Source of the DNA: Opitutia bacterium
Lineage (GTDB): Bacteria; Verrucomicrobiota; Verrucomicrobiia; Opitutales; T3Sed10-336
Direction: 5' to 3'
Assembly: GCA_050506795.1 (NCBI GenBank)
Contig: JBJHCF010000001.1
Coordinates: 32,001-96,000, forward strand
DNA: 64,000 bases
Part shown: piece by piece, positions 19,535-30,052 of the stretch
Layout of the letters: each line of letters begins with the position of its first letter
Numbering within the stretch: the stretch's first letter is position 1
Notes under the pieces: model-generated
Seen by the model: the letters and a program-made list of their open reading frames with translations, nothing else
Databases searched by the model: none
Told to the model about the DNA's origin: nothing
Position numbers and translations under genes: made by a program

Positions 19535-20244
19535 AGACGGCTGTCATTCAATTTCCCGGTTCCAACTGCGACCGGGACGCCGTGCATGCGTTTTCCGGCG
19601 CTCTGGGCCAACCCGCCAGGCTGATCTGGCATAAGGACACGTCCCTGGGCGACGCCGACCTGGTGGTGCTTCCCGGTGGTTTTTCCTTTGGCGATTACCT
19701 GCGTTGCGGCGCCATCGCACGTTTTTCCCCAATCATGCGGGCCGTGAGCGAGTTTGCCGACAACGGCGGCGTGGTGCTGGGGATCTGCAACGGTTTTCAG
19801 GTGCTTTGTGAAGCCGGTTTGTTGCCGGGAGCGCTCATTCGCAACGAATGCCTCGAGTTTCGCTGCCGGACCGTGGAGTTGCGGGTGGAAGACGCCGGGC
19901 CTTTCTTCAACCGCGAGCGCCTGGGCGAACGTTTGTTGATCCCGGTGGCGCACGGGGAGGGAAACTACCTGATCGACCCGGAGGGCCTGGAGGCGCTGCG
20001 CCGCCACGAACAGATTTTATTCCGCTACCTCCCGCGAAGCACCGGCGGCTCCTCCCTGCTCGAAAATCCCAACGGCTCCATGGACAATATCGCCGGCATT
20101 CGCAATCGGCGCGGAAACGTTTTTGGCATGATGCCGCATCCGGAGCGGGCGGTGGAAGACTTTCATCCGAGCCGGGACGGCATCCCCGTGCTCAAAGCCG
20201 TTTTGGCGGCCGCGGCCGGGACCCGGCCCGAGGTGGGTGTTTGA
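19531..20244 (+). CDS. purQ: FGAM synthase glutaminase subunit PurQ
   Basis: FPGSNCD, GICNGFQ, MMPHPER. Confidence 0.97.
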   Translation: MKTAVIQFPGSNCDRDAVHAFSGALGQPARLIWHKDTSLGDADLVVLPGGFSFGDYLRCGAIARFSPIMRAVSEFADNGGVVLGICNGFQVLCEAGLLPGALIRNECLEFRCRTVELRVEDAGPFFNRERLGERLLIPVAHGEGNYLIDPEGLEALRRHEQILFRYLPRSTGGSSLLENPNGSMDNIAGIRNRRGNVFGMMPHPERAVEDFHPSRDGIPVLKAVLAAAAGTRPEVGV

Positions 20245-20266
20245 TGCCGGCGGAGATCCGATCGTT

Positions 20267-22594
20267 ATGACCGTATCACAAAAATTGCCTCCCAATCCGG
20301 ACCCGGTGCTCAATGTGGAGATCACCGCCGATCTGGTGGAGAAACATGGTATTCTGCCTGAGGAGTACGCGAAAATCGTGACCGAACTCGGCCGCGAACC
20401 GACCCTGACCGAGTTGGGCATCTTCAGCGTCATGTGGTCGGAGCATTGCTCCTACAAGAACTCGCGTCCGCTCCTGAAACAGTTTCCTACCGACAAAGCC
20501 CACTCCGACCCGCCGTATGGCCGGGTTCTGATCAAAGCGGGTGAGGAAAACGCCGGCGTGATCGACATCGGGGGCGGCTGGGCCATCTCCTTTAAAATCG
20601 AATCGCACAATCACCCCAGCGCGGTGGAACCTTTCGAGGGAGCGGCCACCGGGGTGGGAGGTATTATTCGCGACATCTTCACCATGGGCGCACGCCCGGT
20701 GTTGCTGACCAACTCCCTGCGTTTCGGCAGCCTGGAGTCGGAAACGGTGCGTCACATCTTCCGCGGGGTCGTCGCCGGTATCGCTCACTACGGCAACTGC
20801 ATGGGGATCCCGACCGTGGGCGGAGACATCTACTTCGATCCCAGCTACGAGGGAAATCCTCTGGTCAACGCCCTTTGCCTGGGCGTGCTCCGCCACGACC
20901 AGATCAAACGCGGCGCGGCGTCCGGCGTGGGCAACCCGGTCTATTACGTCGGCGCCTCGACCGGTCGCGATGGATTGGGGGGAGCCAGCTTCGCTTCCCG
21001 TGAATTGACCGAAGAGAGCCAGGCCGATAGGCCCGCGGTGCAGAAGGGCGATCCGTTCATGGAAAAACTGCTCATGGAGGCCTGCCTGGAAATGATGGCG
21101 GTGCCGGGGCTGGTGGTGGGGATCCAGGATATGGGCGCCGCCGGGCTGACCTGTTCCAGTTGTGAGACCGCGGCCCGGGGCAACGCCGGGATCGAGATCG
21201 AACTCGACCGGGTGCCGCAGCGGGAGACGGGCATGAACTCCTACGAGATCATGCTCTCCGAGAGTCAGGAACGTATGCTGGTCATCGTAAAGCGGGGCCG
21301 GGAAAAAGAGATTGAAGCCATCTTTGAAAAGTGGGACCTCCACGCGGAACAGGTCGGCGAGGTCACCGAGGGCGACCGTATGGTGGTGCGGCATCACGGC
21401 ACTGTGGTGGCCGACATTCCGGCCAAACTGCTCACCGATGAAGGGCCGGTTTACCAGCGCGAGGCCCGCGAACCGGAATACCTCCGGGAAACCCGCGCCT
21501 GGACTCCCGACCGTCTGCCGGCGCCGACGTCGGAAGCCCTTTACGGCGTCCTGCCCGACCTTCTGGCCCATCCGACGATCGCTTCCAAACGCTGGGTCTA
21601 CCAGCAGTACGATCACATGGTGATGGCGGGCACCGTGGTGGAACCGGGAAGCGATGCCGCGGTGGTCCGTTTGCGGCTGGGCGACGAGGAGAAACTGGTC
21701 GCCATCGCCAACGATTGCAACGGTCGCTACTGTTACTTGAATCCCTACCGGGGAGGGGTGATCGCCATGGTCGAATGTATGCGAAACCTGGCCTGCAGCG
21801 GAGCTTCACCCCTGGGAATGACCGACAACCTCAACTTCGGCAATCCCTACAAACCCGAGGTGTTCTACATGATGAAGGAATCGGTGCGCGGATTGGCGGA
21901 TGCCTGCCGCGCCTTCGATGTGCCGGTCTCGGGCGGCAACGTCAGCCTTTATAACGAAAATCGAGATGGCGCCATCGATCCCACTCCGGTGGTTTCCGTG
22001 GCGGGGCTGATCGAGGATCCGGCCCATGTAACCCGGCAATTCTGCCGCCGCTCCAGCGACCGGCTGGTGCTTCTGGGCGGATATCCCCATGAACTGGGCG
22101 GCAGCCTGTTCCTGGAGGTGGGTCACGGCCTCAAAACCGGCGATGCCCCGGCGGTCGATCTGGAGGGCGAAAAACGCCTTCACGCCTTTATCCTGCAAAG
22201 TATCCGCGAGGGCCGGGTCACGGCGGCCCACGATCTCTCCGAAGGCGGCATGCTGGTGGCCGTTGCCGAAATGCTTTTCGGCGACTCCCCACTGGGCGCC
22301 GACCTGGAACTGTCCGGAGTGGACGAGCGGATCCGTCCCGAGGCCATACTCTACGGCGAAAGCCAGGGACGGGTGATCCTGGCGGTGCCGGAGGCGGAAG
22401 CCGAGGCGCTGCTGGAGCGGGCGAAAGAGGCGGAGGTGCCGGCGTTGATGATCGGAGCGGTGACCTCCGGGCCGTTACTGTCGGTCTCCTGTCCGGAGAA
22501 AAACCTCGCCTGTCAGTGGGAGGTCAAAGCCTTGAAGGAAAAATGGGAGCGTGCCATACCGGACGCCATGCGGCTGCCCGGCCTGCCCGATTGA
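20267..22594 (+). CDS. purL: FGAM synthase subunit PurL (small form)
   Basis: WSEHCSYK, ESHNHPS, DMGAAG, LSESQERM, HDLSEGG. Confidence 0.97.
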   Translation: MTVSQKLPPNPDPVLNVEITADLVEKHGILPEEYAKIVTELGREPTLTELGIFSVMWSEHCSYKNSRPLLKQFPTDKAHSDPPYGRVLIKAGEENAGVIDIGGGWAISFKIESHNHPSAVEPFEGAATGVGGIIRDIFTMGARPVLLTNSLRFGSLESETVRHIFRGVVAGIAHYGNCMGIPTVGGDIYFDPSYEGNPLVNALCLGVLRHDQIKRGAASGVGNPVYYVGASTGRDGLGGASFASRELTEESQADRPAVQKGDPFMEKLLMEACLEMMAVPGLVVGIQDMGAAGLTCSSCETAARGNAGIEIELDRVPQRETGMNSYEIMLSESQERMLVIVKRGREKEIEAIFEKWDLHAEQVGEVTEGDRMVVRHHGTVVADIPAKLLTDEGPVYQREAREPEYLRETRAWTPDRLPAPTSEALYGVLPDLLAHPTIASKRWVYQQYDHMVMAGTVVEPGSDAAVVRLRLGDEEKLVAIANDCNGRYCYLNPYRGGVIAMVECMRNLACSGASPLGMTDNLNFGNPYKPEVFYMMKESVRGLADACRAFDVPVSGGNVSLYNENRDGAIDPTPVVSVAGLIEDPAHVTRQFCRRSSDRLVLLGGYPHELGGSLFLEVGHGLKTGDAPAVDLEGEKRLHAFILQSIREGRVTAAHDLSEGGMLVAVAEMLFGDSPLGADLELSGVDERIRPEAILYGESQGRVILAVPEAEAEALLERAKEAEVPALMIGAVTSGPLLSVSCPEKNLACQWEVKALKEKWERAIPDAMRLPGLPD

Positions 22595-22598
22595 ATCC

Positions 22599-24512
22599 AT
22601 GAGCGATCCGATCAAACACGAATGCGGCGTCGCCATCGTGCGCCTGCGCAAACCCCTGGAGTATTTCCAGGAGAAGTACGGCAATCCCCTTTACGGATTC
22701 CACCGTCTTTTCCTCCTGATGGAAAAGCAGCACAACCGGGGACAGGATGGCGCCGGGGTGGCGGCGATGAAGCTGGGCATGCCGGCCGGCAAGCCGTACA
22801 TTTTCCGGGCGCGCAACATCAAAACCAATCCGCTGGATCGCATTTTCCGCAGTTTGCTCAGAGACTACGAGAAACTGGTCAAATCCGGCGATGTGCACCC
22901 GGAGTTCCCGGCCAGCGTAAAGGAGAACTTCGATTTCGGCGCCGAGGTTTACCTGGGCCACCTCCGATACGGCACGTTCGGCGGATACAGTATGGGATCC
23001 TGTCATCCCTATTTCCGCAAGAGCAACTGGCCGGCCAAGAACCTGGTCATCGCCGGAAATTTCAATCTCACCAACACACCCGAGCTCAACGACCGTTTGA
23101 TCGAAATGGGGCAGCATCCGATTTACGATTCGGACACGCAGACCCTGCTGGAGAAGGTCGGTCACCACCTCGATGTCGAACACGACCGGTTGTACGAGAA
23201 ACACCGAAGCAATGGATTGAACGGGGTGGACGCGGTGGAGGCCCTCGGTCGTGAAATCGACCCCTCCCGCATCATCGCCGAGGCTTCGAGGGAGTGGGAT
23301 GGCGGTTATACCATCGTGGGTTGTATCGGAAACGGAGATACGTTCGCCCTGCGCGATCCTCGGGGCATTCGTCCGTGCCACTACTACGTCGACGACGAAG
23401 TGCTGGCCGTCGCTTCCGAGCGGGCGCCGCTGATGACCGTCTTCAGCGTCGAGGCCGGGGAGGTGCATTCCGTGCGTCCCGGGCATGTGGTGATGATGAA
23501 GGCCGACGGCGAACTTCACGAGAAGCCCTACGCGGAAGCGGTCAAGCCAACCCCTTGCTCCTTCGAACGAATTTATTTCTCCCGCGGCAACGATCCCGAC
23601 ATCTACCGGGAGCGCAAGGCCCTGGGGGGCGCGCTGACCGATCAGATCCTTCAGGCGATCGACAACGACCTCGACCGGGCGGTATTCGGTTATATTCCCA
23701 ACACCGCGGAAACGGCTTACTATGGGATGATGGAGGTCCTTCGCAACCGCCGCCGGGAGCAAGTCAAGGAGGAGATCCTGAAGGCTTCCCGCCAAGGAGC
23801 GATAACTCCCGAACTGCTGGACCGGCTCATTATGGCCAACTGGCCCCGATCCGAGAAGGTGGCGCACAAGGATATCAAGCTGCGTACTTTCATCAGCCAG
23901 GAAAAATGGCGCAAGGATCTGGCGTCGCACGTTTACGACATCAGTTACGGTGTGGTGAGCCCAGAGGACGCCCTGGTCTGTATCGATGATTCCATCGTCC
24001 GCGGCACCACACTCCGGTTTTCCATCCTGAAGATTCTCTCCCGGCTGAATCCACGTAAAATCGTTATTGTTTCCACCGCCCCGCAGATCCGGTACCCGGA
24101 CTGTTACGGGATCGACATGTCGGAACTCGGCAAGTTTATCGCCTTCGAAGCGGCCATCGCCCTGATCAAGGAGCGGGGTATGAAGGATCTCATTCAGGAG
24201 GTTTACCGCGCCTGCCTCAAGGAGGTCGAAAAACCGACCGGGGAGATCCGGAACCGGGTGAAGGACATTTACGCGCCCTTTTCCGCCGAGGAGATCTCCG
24301 CCAGGATTTCCCGGTTGGTGCGCCCCCGGAACAACGGTTGGAAAGGGGAGGTACAGGTTATTTTTCAGACTATTGAAAATCTGCACCACTCATTGCCGGA
24401 ACACGGCGGAGACTGGTATTTCACCGGCAATTACCCGACTCCCGGCGGTTACAAGGTGGTGAACAAAGCCTTTATCAATTACTACGAGAATCTTGAAGGC
24501 CGGAGTTATTGA
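22599..24512 (+). CDS. purF: Amidophosphoribosyltransferase (long form)
   Basis: MSDPIKHECG, QHNRGQDGAG, GHLRY, CSFERIYFSR, DDSIVRGTT, YGIDM. Confidence 0.93.
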   Translation: MSDPIKHECGVAIVRLRKPLEYFQEKYGNPLYGFHRLFLLMEKQHNRGQDGAGVAAMKLGMPAGKPYIFRARNIKTNPLDRIFRSLLRDYEKLVKSGDVHPEFPASVKENFDFGAEVYLGHLRYGTFGGYSMGSCHPYFRKSNWPAKNLVIAGNFNLTNTPELNDRLIEMGQHPIYDSDTQTLLEKVGHHLDVEHDRLYEKHRSNGLNGVDAVEALGREIDPSRIIAEASREWDGGYTIVGCIGNGDTFALRDPRGIRPCHYYVDDEVLAVASERAPLMTVFSVEAGEVHSVRPGHVVMMKADGELHEKPYAEAVKPTPCSFERIYFSRGNDPDIYRERKALGGALTDQILQAIDNDLDRAVFGYIPNTAETAYYGMMEVLRNRRREQVKEEILKASRQGAITPELLDRLIMANWPRSEKVAHKDIKLRTFISQEKWRKDLASHVYDISYGVVSPEDALVCIDDSIVRGTTLRFSILKILSRLNPRKIVIVSTAPQIRYPDCYGIDMSELGKFIAFEAAIALIKERGMKDLIQEVYRACLKEVEKPTGEIRNRVKDIYAPFSAEEISARISRLVRPRNNGWKGEVQVIFQTIENLHHSLPEHGGDWYFTGNYPTPGGYKVVNKAFINYYENLEGRSY

Positions 24513-24515
24513 GGC

Positions 24516-25376
24516 GTGCAGTTTCAGATTTATTCCACCGGGCTTTACGCCACATGGATCTTCCACACCACCTGCCACACGCTTTTCGATTGTGGCGAGG
24601 GCGCGGCCTCGTCGCTGGGCAAGCGGGTTTTCGGCATTGATCGGGTCTGTCTCACTCACGGACATACCGACCATATCGCCGGCCTTCCCACGCTGATCAA
24701 CGCCCGCAACCGATCGGTGGGAGATCCGTTTCGTCCCCTGACCATCTATTATCCCGCCGAGGACCGCCACATCCTCTCCATGAAGGAATTCATCCGCGCC
24801 ACCCAGGGAAACCGGCTGCGGTACCCCCTGACCTGGGAGGCGGTGCGCGAAGGCGCGATTCTTCCTCTCTCGGAGGATCACCGTACGGTGCTGGAGACCT
24901 TCCGCACGCAGCACAATCCCCGTTTGCTGTCGCTTGGATACCGTTTGGTGGAAAGGCGAAAACGCCTGCGGGAGGAGTTTCGCGAGCGGCCGGATATCGG
25001 CACCATTCTCCGCGACACCCCGGCGGAGGAAAAGTACCGTTACGAGGAGCCGTATGACGCCCGCCTCTGGACCTATACCGGCGATATGAATCGCTGCGAC
25101 CCGGAGGATGTGCGCGGGAGCGGTATTTTGCTCACCGACGCCACCTTTATCGATCCCGAGGACCGCGCCGCCGAAGAGGCCCGGCAGACCCACATGACCC
25201 TGGAGGAAGCCGTCGAACTGGCGGCCGACACGGAAGTGGATCACCTCTATGCCATCCACCTCTCCGAACGTTATTCACGGGATCGCATCGACGAAGCTGT
25301 GGAAGCCCAGCGCCGTCGCCACCCGAACCTGAAAATCACCGCCGTGTATCCCCGCCGCACCTACACGGCGAAATAG
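24516..25376 (+). CDS. rnz: Metallo-beta-lactamase fold RNase, Thermotoga-type tRNase Z
   Basis: LFDCGEG, THGHTDH, HLSERY; N-terminal STGLYATWIF instead of the canonical GTxxxP loop. Confidence 0.72.
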   Translation: MQFQIYSTGLYATWIFHTTCHTLFDCGEGAASSLGKRVFGIDRVCLTHGHTDHIAGLPTLINARNRSVGDPFRPLTIYYPAEDRHILSMKEFIRATQGNRLRYPLTWEAVREGAILPLSEDHRTVLETFRTQHNPRLLSLGYRLVERRKRLREEFRERPDIGTILRDTPAEEKYRYEEPYDARLWTYTGDMNRCDPEDVRGSGILLTDATFIDPEDRAAEEARQTHMTLEEAVELAADTEVDHLYAIHLSERYSRDRIDEAVEAQRRRHPNLKITAVYPRRTYTAK

Positions 25377-25427
25377 TTAGCGCCGGCTTACCCGGCACCC
25401 CAATCCACCCGGCAATAACAGCGGAAG

Positions 25428-25509
25428 TTGGGCTCACACGGAGCCACGGAGCTCACGGAGGTGGGTCCTGTAAAAATCTCCGTGACTTTGTGCCTCCGTG
25501 TGAGCCCAA
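25428..25509. repeat. Palindromic intergenic repeat, copy 1
   Basis: Perfect 16-bp terminal IR TTGGGCTCACACGGAG/CTCCGTGTGAGCCCAA; near-identical copy at 47354. Confidence 0.9.
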
Positions 25510-25598
25510 TTTTCCCTGAATCGTTACTTCATCAAACGAGAAACCGCCTCAACCTTGCCATTCCGGTTAACCCGGTTGCGAATGCCGGACCTCGTGAG

Positions 25599-28500
25599 CT
25601 AAAGAATCTGTGGGCGGCTTTGCACGATGTGGCATTGGCCGTTGTGCCAGGCGCCTTCGATGTCCTGGGGTGAGGCGAAGGCTTTTTCGACCGCGATGCC
25701 GGCGCGGGTGATGGCGGTGAGCAACTCCTGTCGAAACTCGGGATCGCGCACCAGGCGGTCTTCGCTGTAGTCGATGGGCTTTTCCTCCGGTTCCGGGAAA
25801 AGCAGGCTGTCGTAGAGACCGGCGCCGGCATAACCTTCGAGGTCTTCGGCATTGGAGTCGGAGCGGAAAATGAGGCCGTTTCCGAAGAGTCCGACGCTTT
25901 TCGAGGGAAAGGCGAGGATGTGTGGTTTAGGGTCGCCTTTTTTGGCCGCTGTGAAACCGAGCGCGCGGCCGGGGTAGTTGCCGACGATGGTTTCGCCCAG
26001 GCCCGGGGCGGTTTCGCCGTAGAGCTCATTGGCGTCGTCCGAAAAGGGATTCGCGGTGTGCAGGACAAACGCGTACTCCGCCGGCACGGCGCGCTGGATC
26101 AGCACCGCCATGAAAATCTCGTCCTCGCGGATCCCGCGCGCGCGGCGACTGAAAAACGCGCGTTCGTTCCACTTCGAGGCCCACACCCCTTTGATGCACC
26201 GCCAGGCGGCGTCGGAGTCGTCCGGTTTGCCGATACCGGATTCCTCCATGACTTCGTGCAGTCGCGGCAGGAAACCCTTGGGTGCGGACAGTTCCATGAC
26301 GATCGAACGGAGGCGTGGCAGGGCCTTTTCCGGGGCGGATTCGAGTTCCTTTTGCGCCGCGACCAGGTCGCGGGCGCAGGCTTTATTGGCGACGTCCTCG
26401 AGGATGTGCTCGAAGGTTCCGAAGGGCAGGGCGGCGGAAGCGGGAACCTCGAGCCCTTTCGGCAGTTTTCCGGACAGCTTCTGTAAATTGAGCGCCTTTC
26501 CGCCCACCTTCTTTGCGCTGAAGGCTTCCAGGGTGAGCGGTTCATGGGAAACGGCGGGTTGGGCGATGCGGGCGCGTTTCTTTTTGGCGGCCTGCTTGCC
26601 GGAGGTTTGTTTCTCCGGCGGCTTGGATTCCTCCAGGCGCAGGTCGCCGGAAGGTTCCGGAATGACGTGCAGCCACTGTCCGTCACGGGATTCCAGCGAT
26701 TCCCAGAGGGTCTCGTCATGGCAGGTGGCGAAAAACAGCGGGACGTTGCGGGCGCGCACCGCGACGTGTGAAACCAGATCGACGTTGCTCCTGGTCAGGA
26801 TGCCGACGGCTCCGGGCGGAGGTTCTTCGTCACCGCGCACCTGGGCGGCCAGCAGTAGGGTCGGTTCGTCGAACCGGGTTCCCTGGACCTCGGCCAGGGT
26901 GGCGACGCATTTTATACGCCCTTCGGCCTCGCGGCGGCTGATCAACTGCCAGGGACCGGAGCCAGCCTTTTCCCGCAGCGCGGTGTCGAGGCGCTTCACC
27001 AGGAGGGTCAGCGCAAAGGCGGGACGACCGCGCACCACCGCTTCCGCGAAAAGGTCGATGGTCCAGGCCTCGGCCTCAAAGGCCTGGCCGAGTGTTTTCG
27101 CGAGCGGCTGCAAACGCTGGTACCACTGATCGACATCCTCGGAGAGCACCCGTTGCAGACGATCCACGGCTGCCGCCAGACGCAGGGTTTCCTCGCGATC
27201 CAGCGATGACGGCGGTGAGAAGGTTTTCCATTCCCGGGCGATCAGATCGAGTTCGGGAAGGTTGCGGCTCAGGAGCACGTTTTCCAGGGCCGCCCCGGTG
27301 AGGGCGAGAAGTTCGTCTTCGCTCCAATCTTGTTGGATTCGGCTCTCCACCGCCAGGCGCAGCGCTTCCTCCAGCGCGAGGTCAAGATACAGCCCATCCC
27401 GTCCCCGGTTGATGTCGGAGTCGTGACGGAAAATCTCCGCCAGCCTGGAGCGGACCCGGGCGATGCGCCGCAGGCCGTCGAGCGGGGAGCCGTCGCGCCA
27501 GCGATCCTCGCGGATCTCGTGCAGGAGATGACGGTGCTCGTCGTCGAAGAGGTACTGCGCGCGGTCGATGGCGCTGTCCAGGTCGGTGCCGGAATGGATC
27601 GACCGGAGGAGACCCAGGAAGTGCTCGAAGTCGTGGATGAGCGCGTCCTTGAGGTGTCCTGGAAAGTCGGGCGGGGTGGTGATGGGACGTTCGTAGTTCG
27701 CCAGGCGCTCGCGGGTGACTCCATCCTCCTCCAGGGTTTGATAGAACCGGTCCAGGTGACCGTCGCTGCGCAGGAACTCCAGGTAGGCGCGGCAAATGAC
27801 GATATCGTCCGGAGTGGTGTTGTTGTGCAGCTTCTGGTGCCACTCCTCCAGAAAATGCCCGGTGACCTCTTTGACGTGGTGCCGGTGCATGATGTGAAGG
27901 ATTTCGTCGCGGATTTTTTGTCCGTCTCCTCCGCGCCCGGCCGACCCGAGCATCAGGCGGAAAAACTCGCCGTGCTGCGGTTGCTTAAGGAACCCCTCGG
28001 TGAGCTTGTGTCCGAGACGGTCCTGGGCGTGGGCCAACTCGCGGGGTTTGGTGTTATAATTGCGTTGCCAGTCGAGTTGCCGCAGGGCGGAAAATCGCAT
28101 CCAGACCACGAGCACCGCCAGGCCGGCTTCGGAGTCGGAGGCTTCGTCCAAAAGATCGTGGCAGAGGTTGTAGCGGTGCATCAGGGTCCAGGAGCCCTTG
28201 CCGGTTTCGGCCGCCACGATCCGGTCGACGAACTCGGGCGGCGCCGCGGGGTCGCGGGGAACGATTCGGACGGCGTAGTTGCCGCCCCCGTTGTTGTCCC
28301 AGCGATCGCTCTCCGGATAATGCAGCACGAATTGCAGGCAGGGCAGGCGGCCGGCGACGTTTTTGGGGAACGAGAACTCGATGCGTCCCCCCTCCGGCGC
28401 TTCGGAAAAAGGCGTTTCCACCGCGGCATCGGCGAATGCTTTGCTCCCGTCGGGCCAGCAGGGTTTTTCGGGACGCTGCCAGGGGGCGCCCCGGCCGGTG

Positions 28501-28628
28501 CTCAATCCCCAGTGCAGCCGGCAGGAAGCGTCGCCCTCCAGGCGAATCGAAACCCTAAATCCTTGTTCATCAGCTTCACTGGATGTCAGGAGTTTTTCTC
28601 CCGACCCGATCCTGATCTCTTCGGTCAT
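25599..28628 (-). CDS. Alpha-glucan, water dikinase (GWD/R1) homolog
   Basis: CBM45-like N-terminus; [52 protein letters not shown] (His621); PPDK-type ATP-binding domain. Confidence 0.9.
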   Translation of the reverse strand: MTEEIRIGSGEKLLTSSEADEQGFRVSIRLEGDASCRLHWGLSTGRGAPWQRPEKPCWPDGSKAFADAAVETPFSEAPEGGRIEFSFPKNVAGRLPCLQFVLHYPESDRWDNNGGGNYAVRIVPRDPAAPPEFVDRIVAAETGKGSWTLMHRYNLCHDLLDEASDSEAGLAVLVVWMRFSALRQLDWQRNYNTKPRELAHAQDRLGHKLTEGFLKQPQHGEFFRLMLGSAGRGGDGQKIRDEILHIMHRHHVKEVTGHFLEEWHQKLHNNTTPDDIVICRAYLEFLRSDGHLDRFYQTLEEDGVTRERLANYERPITTPPDFPGHLKDALIHDFEHFLGLLRSIHSGTDLDSAIDRAQYLFDDEHRHLLHEIREDRWRDGSPLDGLRRIARVRSRLAEIFRHDSDINRGRDGLYLDLALEEALRLAVESRIQQDWSEDELLALTGAALENVLLSRNLPELDLIAREWKTFSPPSSLDREETLRLAAAVDRLQRVLSEDVDQWYQRLQPLAKTLGQAFEAEAWTIDLFAEAVVRGRPAFALTLLVKRLDTALREKAGSGPWQLISRREAEGRIKCVATLAEVQGTRFDEPTLLLAAQVRGDEEPPPGAVGILTRSNVDLVSHVAVRARNVPLFFATCHDETLWESLESRDGQWLHVIPEPSGDLRLEESKPPEKQTSGKQAAKKKRARIAQPAVSHEPLTLEAFSAKKVGGKALNLQKLSGKLPKGLEVPASAALPFGTFEHILEDVANKACARDLVAAQKELESAPEKALPRLRSIVMELSAPKGFLPRLHEVMEESGIGKPDDSDAAWRCIKGVWASKWNERAFFSRRARGIREDEIFMAVLIQRAVPAEYAFVLHTANPFSDDANELYGETAPGLGETIVGNYPGRALGFTAAKKGDPKPHILAFPSKSVGLFGNGLIFRSDSNAEDLEGYAGAGLYDSLLFPEPEEKPIDYSEDRLVRDPEFRQELLTAITRAGIAVEKAFASPQDIEGAWHNGQCHIVQSRPQIL

Positions 28629-28696
28629 TATGGTGCTTTACATGGTTTTCGGGGCCGGTTACAAGTTTTCCCTTTTCTCTCAGCCATCGAATTTTC

Positions 28697-30034
28697 ATGA
28701 AGCAACGCTCAATTCAGCGGGAAGTGACCGTAAAAGGAAAGGCCCTCCACACGGGCGACGACGTCACGCTAACCCTGAAACCGGCCCCGGCGGGACACGG
28801 GATTATTTTTCGTCGCGTCGATATTTACAACAAACCGGAGATCCGGCCGCACGTTTCCCTCGTTTCCGACCTGGTGCGCAGCACGACCCTGTCGTCCGGT
28901 CACACCAAGGTGCATACCGTGGAGCATGTTTTGAGCGCCCTGCACGGCTGCGGGATCGACAATGTGGTGATCGAGATGAACGCCAGCGAACCGCCCATCC
29001 TGGATGGATCGGCGCGGCCCTTTGTGGAGGCGATCAAGGAAGCGGTGCCGGTGGAACAGGACGCCGATCGCAAGTATTATGTGCTCGATGCCCCGGTTTC
29101 CGTGAGTCGCAACGCGTCCTCCATGGTGGCTCTGCCCTACGACGGTTTGAAGATTTCCTGCACCTCGACCGACGACCGCGGGGTGCACACCCAGCACCTT
29201 TCGCTGGAAATCGATCCGGAGACCTACATGGAGCAGGTGGCGGCGGCGCGCACGTTCACCATTTACGAGGAGATCGAGGAACTGCTGAGGATGGGTAAAA
29301 TCCGCGGAGGCAGCCTGGAGAACGCGGTGGTGTTGAAAGGGGACAAGATCCTTTCCAAGGAGCCCTTGCGGTTCAAGGACGAGTTCGTGCGTCACAAGAT
29401 CCTCGATATTATCGGTGATATCTTTCTGCTCGGAGTCCCCATCAAGGCGCACATCATCGCCATGCGCCCCGGACACGCGGTGAATTCCGAGCTCACCCAG
29501 GCCTTGTTCGAACGAATGGACGAAGCCGGCAAAGCAAAGAAGACGAAACCGGCTCCGGGCAAACCCAAAGTGGTGGATCCGACGACGACTTCCCTCACCA
29601 TCGGTGAGATTCTGGAGACCGTTCCGCACCGCTATCCGTTTGTGCTTATTGATCGGGTGGTGGAGTTTTCCGAAGATGATCGATTGACCGCGCTAAAGAA
29701 CGTGACAATCAACGAACCGTACTTTCAGGGGCACTTTCCCGGTGAACCGGTCATGCCGGGAGTACTGCAGATCGAAGCCATGGCTCAGGCCGCCGGCCTC
29801 ATGATGCTGCGCAAGATTAAGAATACCGCCAAGCTGGCCTACTTCATGAGTTGCGACAAAGTGAAGTTCCGGAAGGCCGTCGTGCCGGGGGATCAATTGG
29901 TGATCGATGTGAAACTGCTCAAGTCGCGTGGAAATAAAATCGGCGTGGCGGAAGCGACCTGCAAGGTGAATGACAAGGTGGTTTCCTCGGCGGAATTGAT
30001 GTTCCTTATCGCGGAACCGGGTGATGTCACCTGA
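28697..30034 (+). CDS. lpxC-fabZ: Bifunctional LpxC / FabZ
   Basis: TVEHVLSAL and HKILD (LpxC); [22 protein letters not shown] (FabZ). Confidence 0.96.
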   Translation: MKQRSIQREVTVKGKALHTGDDVTLTLKPAPAGHGIIFRRVDIYNKPEIRPHVSLVSDLVRSTTLSSGHTKVHTVEHVLSALHGCGIDNVVIEMNASEPPILDGSARPFVEAIKEAVPVEQDADRKYYVLDAPVSVSRNASSMVALPYDGLKISCTSTDDRGVHTQHLSLEIDPETYMEQVAAARTFTIYEEIEELLRMGKIRGGSLENAVVLKGDKILSKEPLRFKDEFVRHKILDIIGDIFLLGVPIKAHIIAMRPGHAVNSELTQALFERMDEAGKAKKTKPAPGKPKVVDPTTTSLTIGEILETVPHRYPFVLIDRVVEFSEDDRLTALKNVTINEPYFQGHFPGEPVMPGVLQIEAMAQAAGLMMLRKIKNTAKLAYFMSCDKVKFRKAVVPGDQLVIDVKLLKSRGNKIGVAEATCKVNDKVVSSAELMFLIAEPGDVT

Positions 30035-30052
30035 GATGATGATGAATCCGTT

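Noticed and set aside
25599..28628. Ordinary PEP synthase/PPDK or rifampicin phosphotransferase
   Set aside because: The His domain precedes the ATP-binding domain, there is no PEP-binding barrel, and GWD-specific central motifs are present.
28697..30034. lpxC-fabZ fusion as a novelty
   Set aside because: The fusion is already known in several phyla, including Bacteroidota and Verrucomicrobiota.
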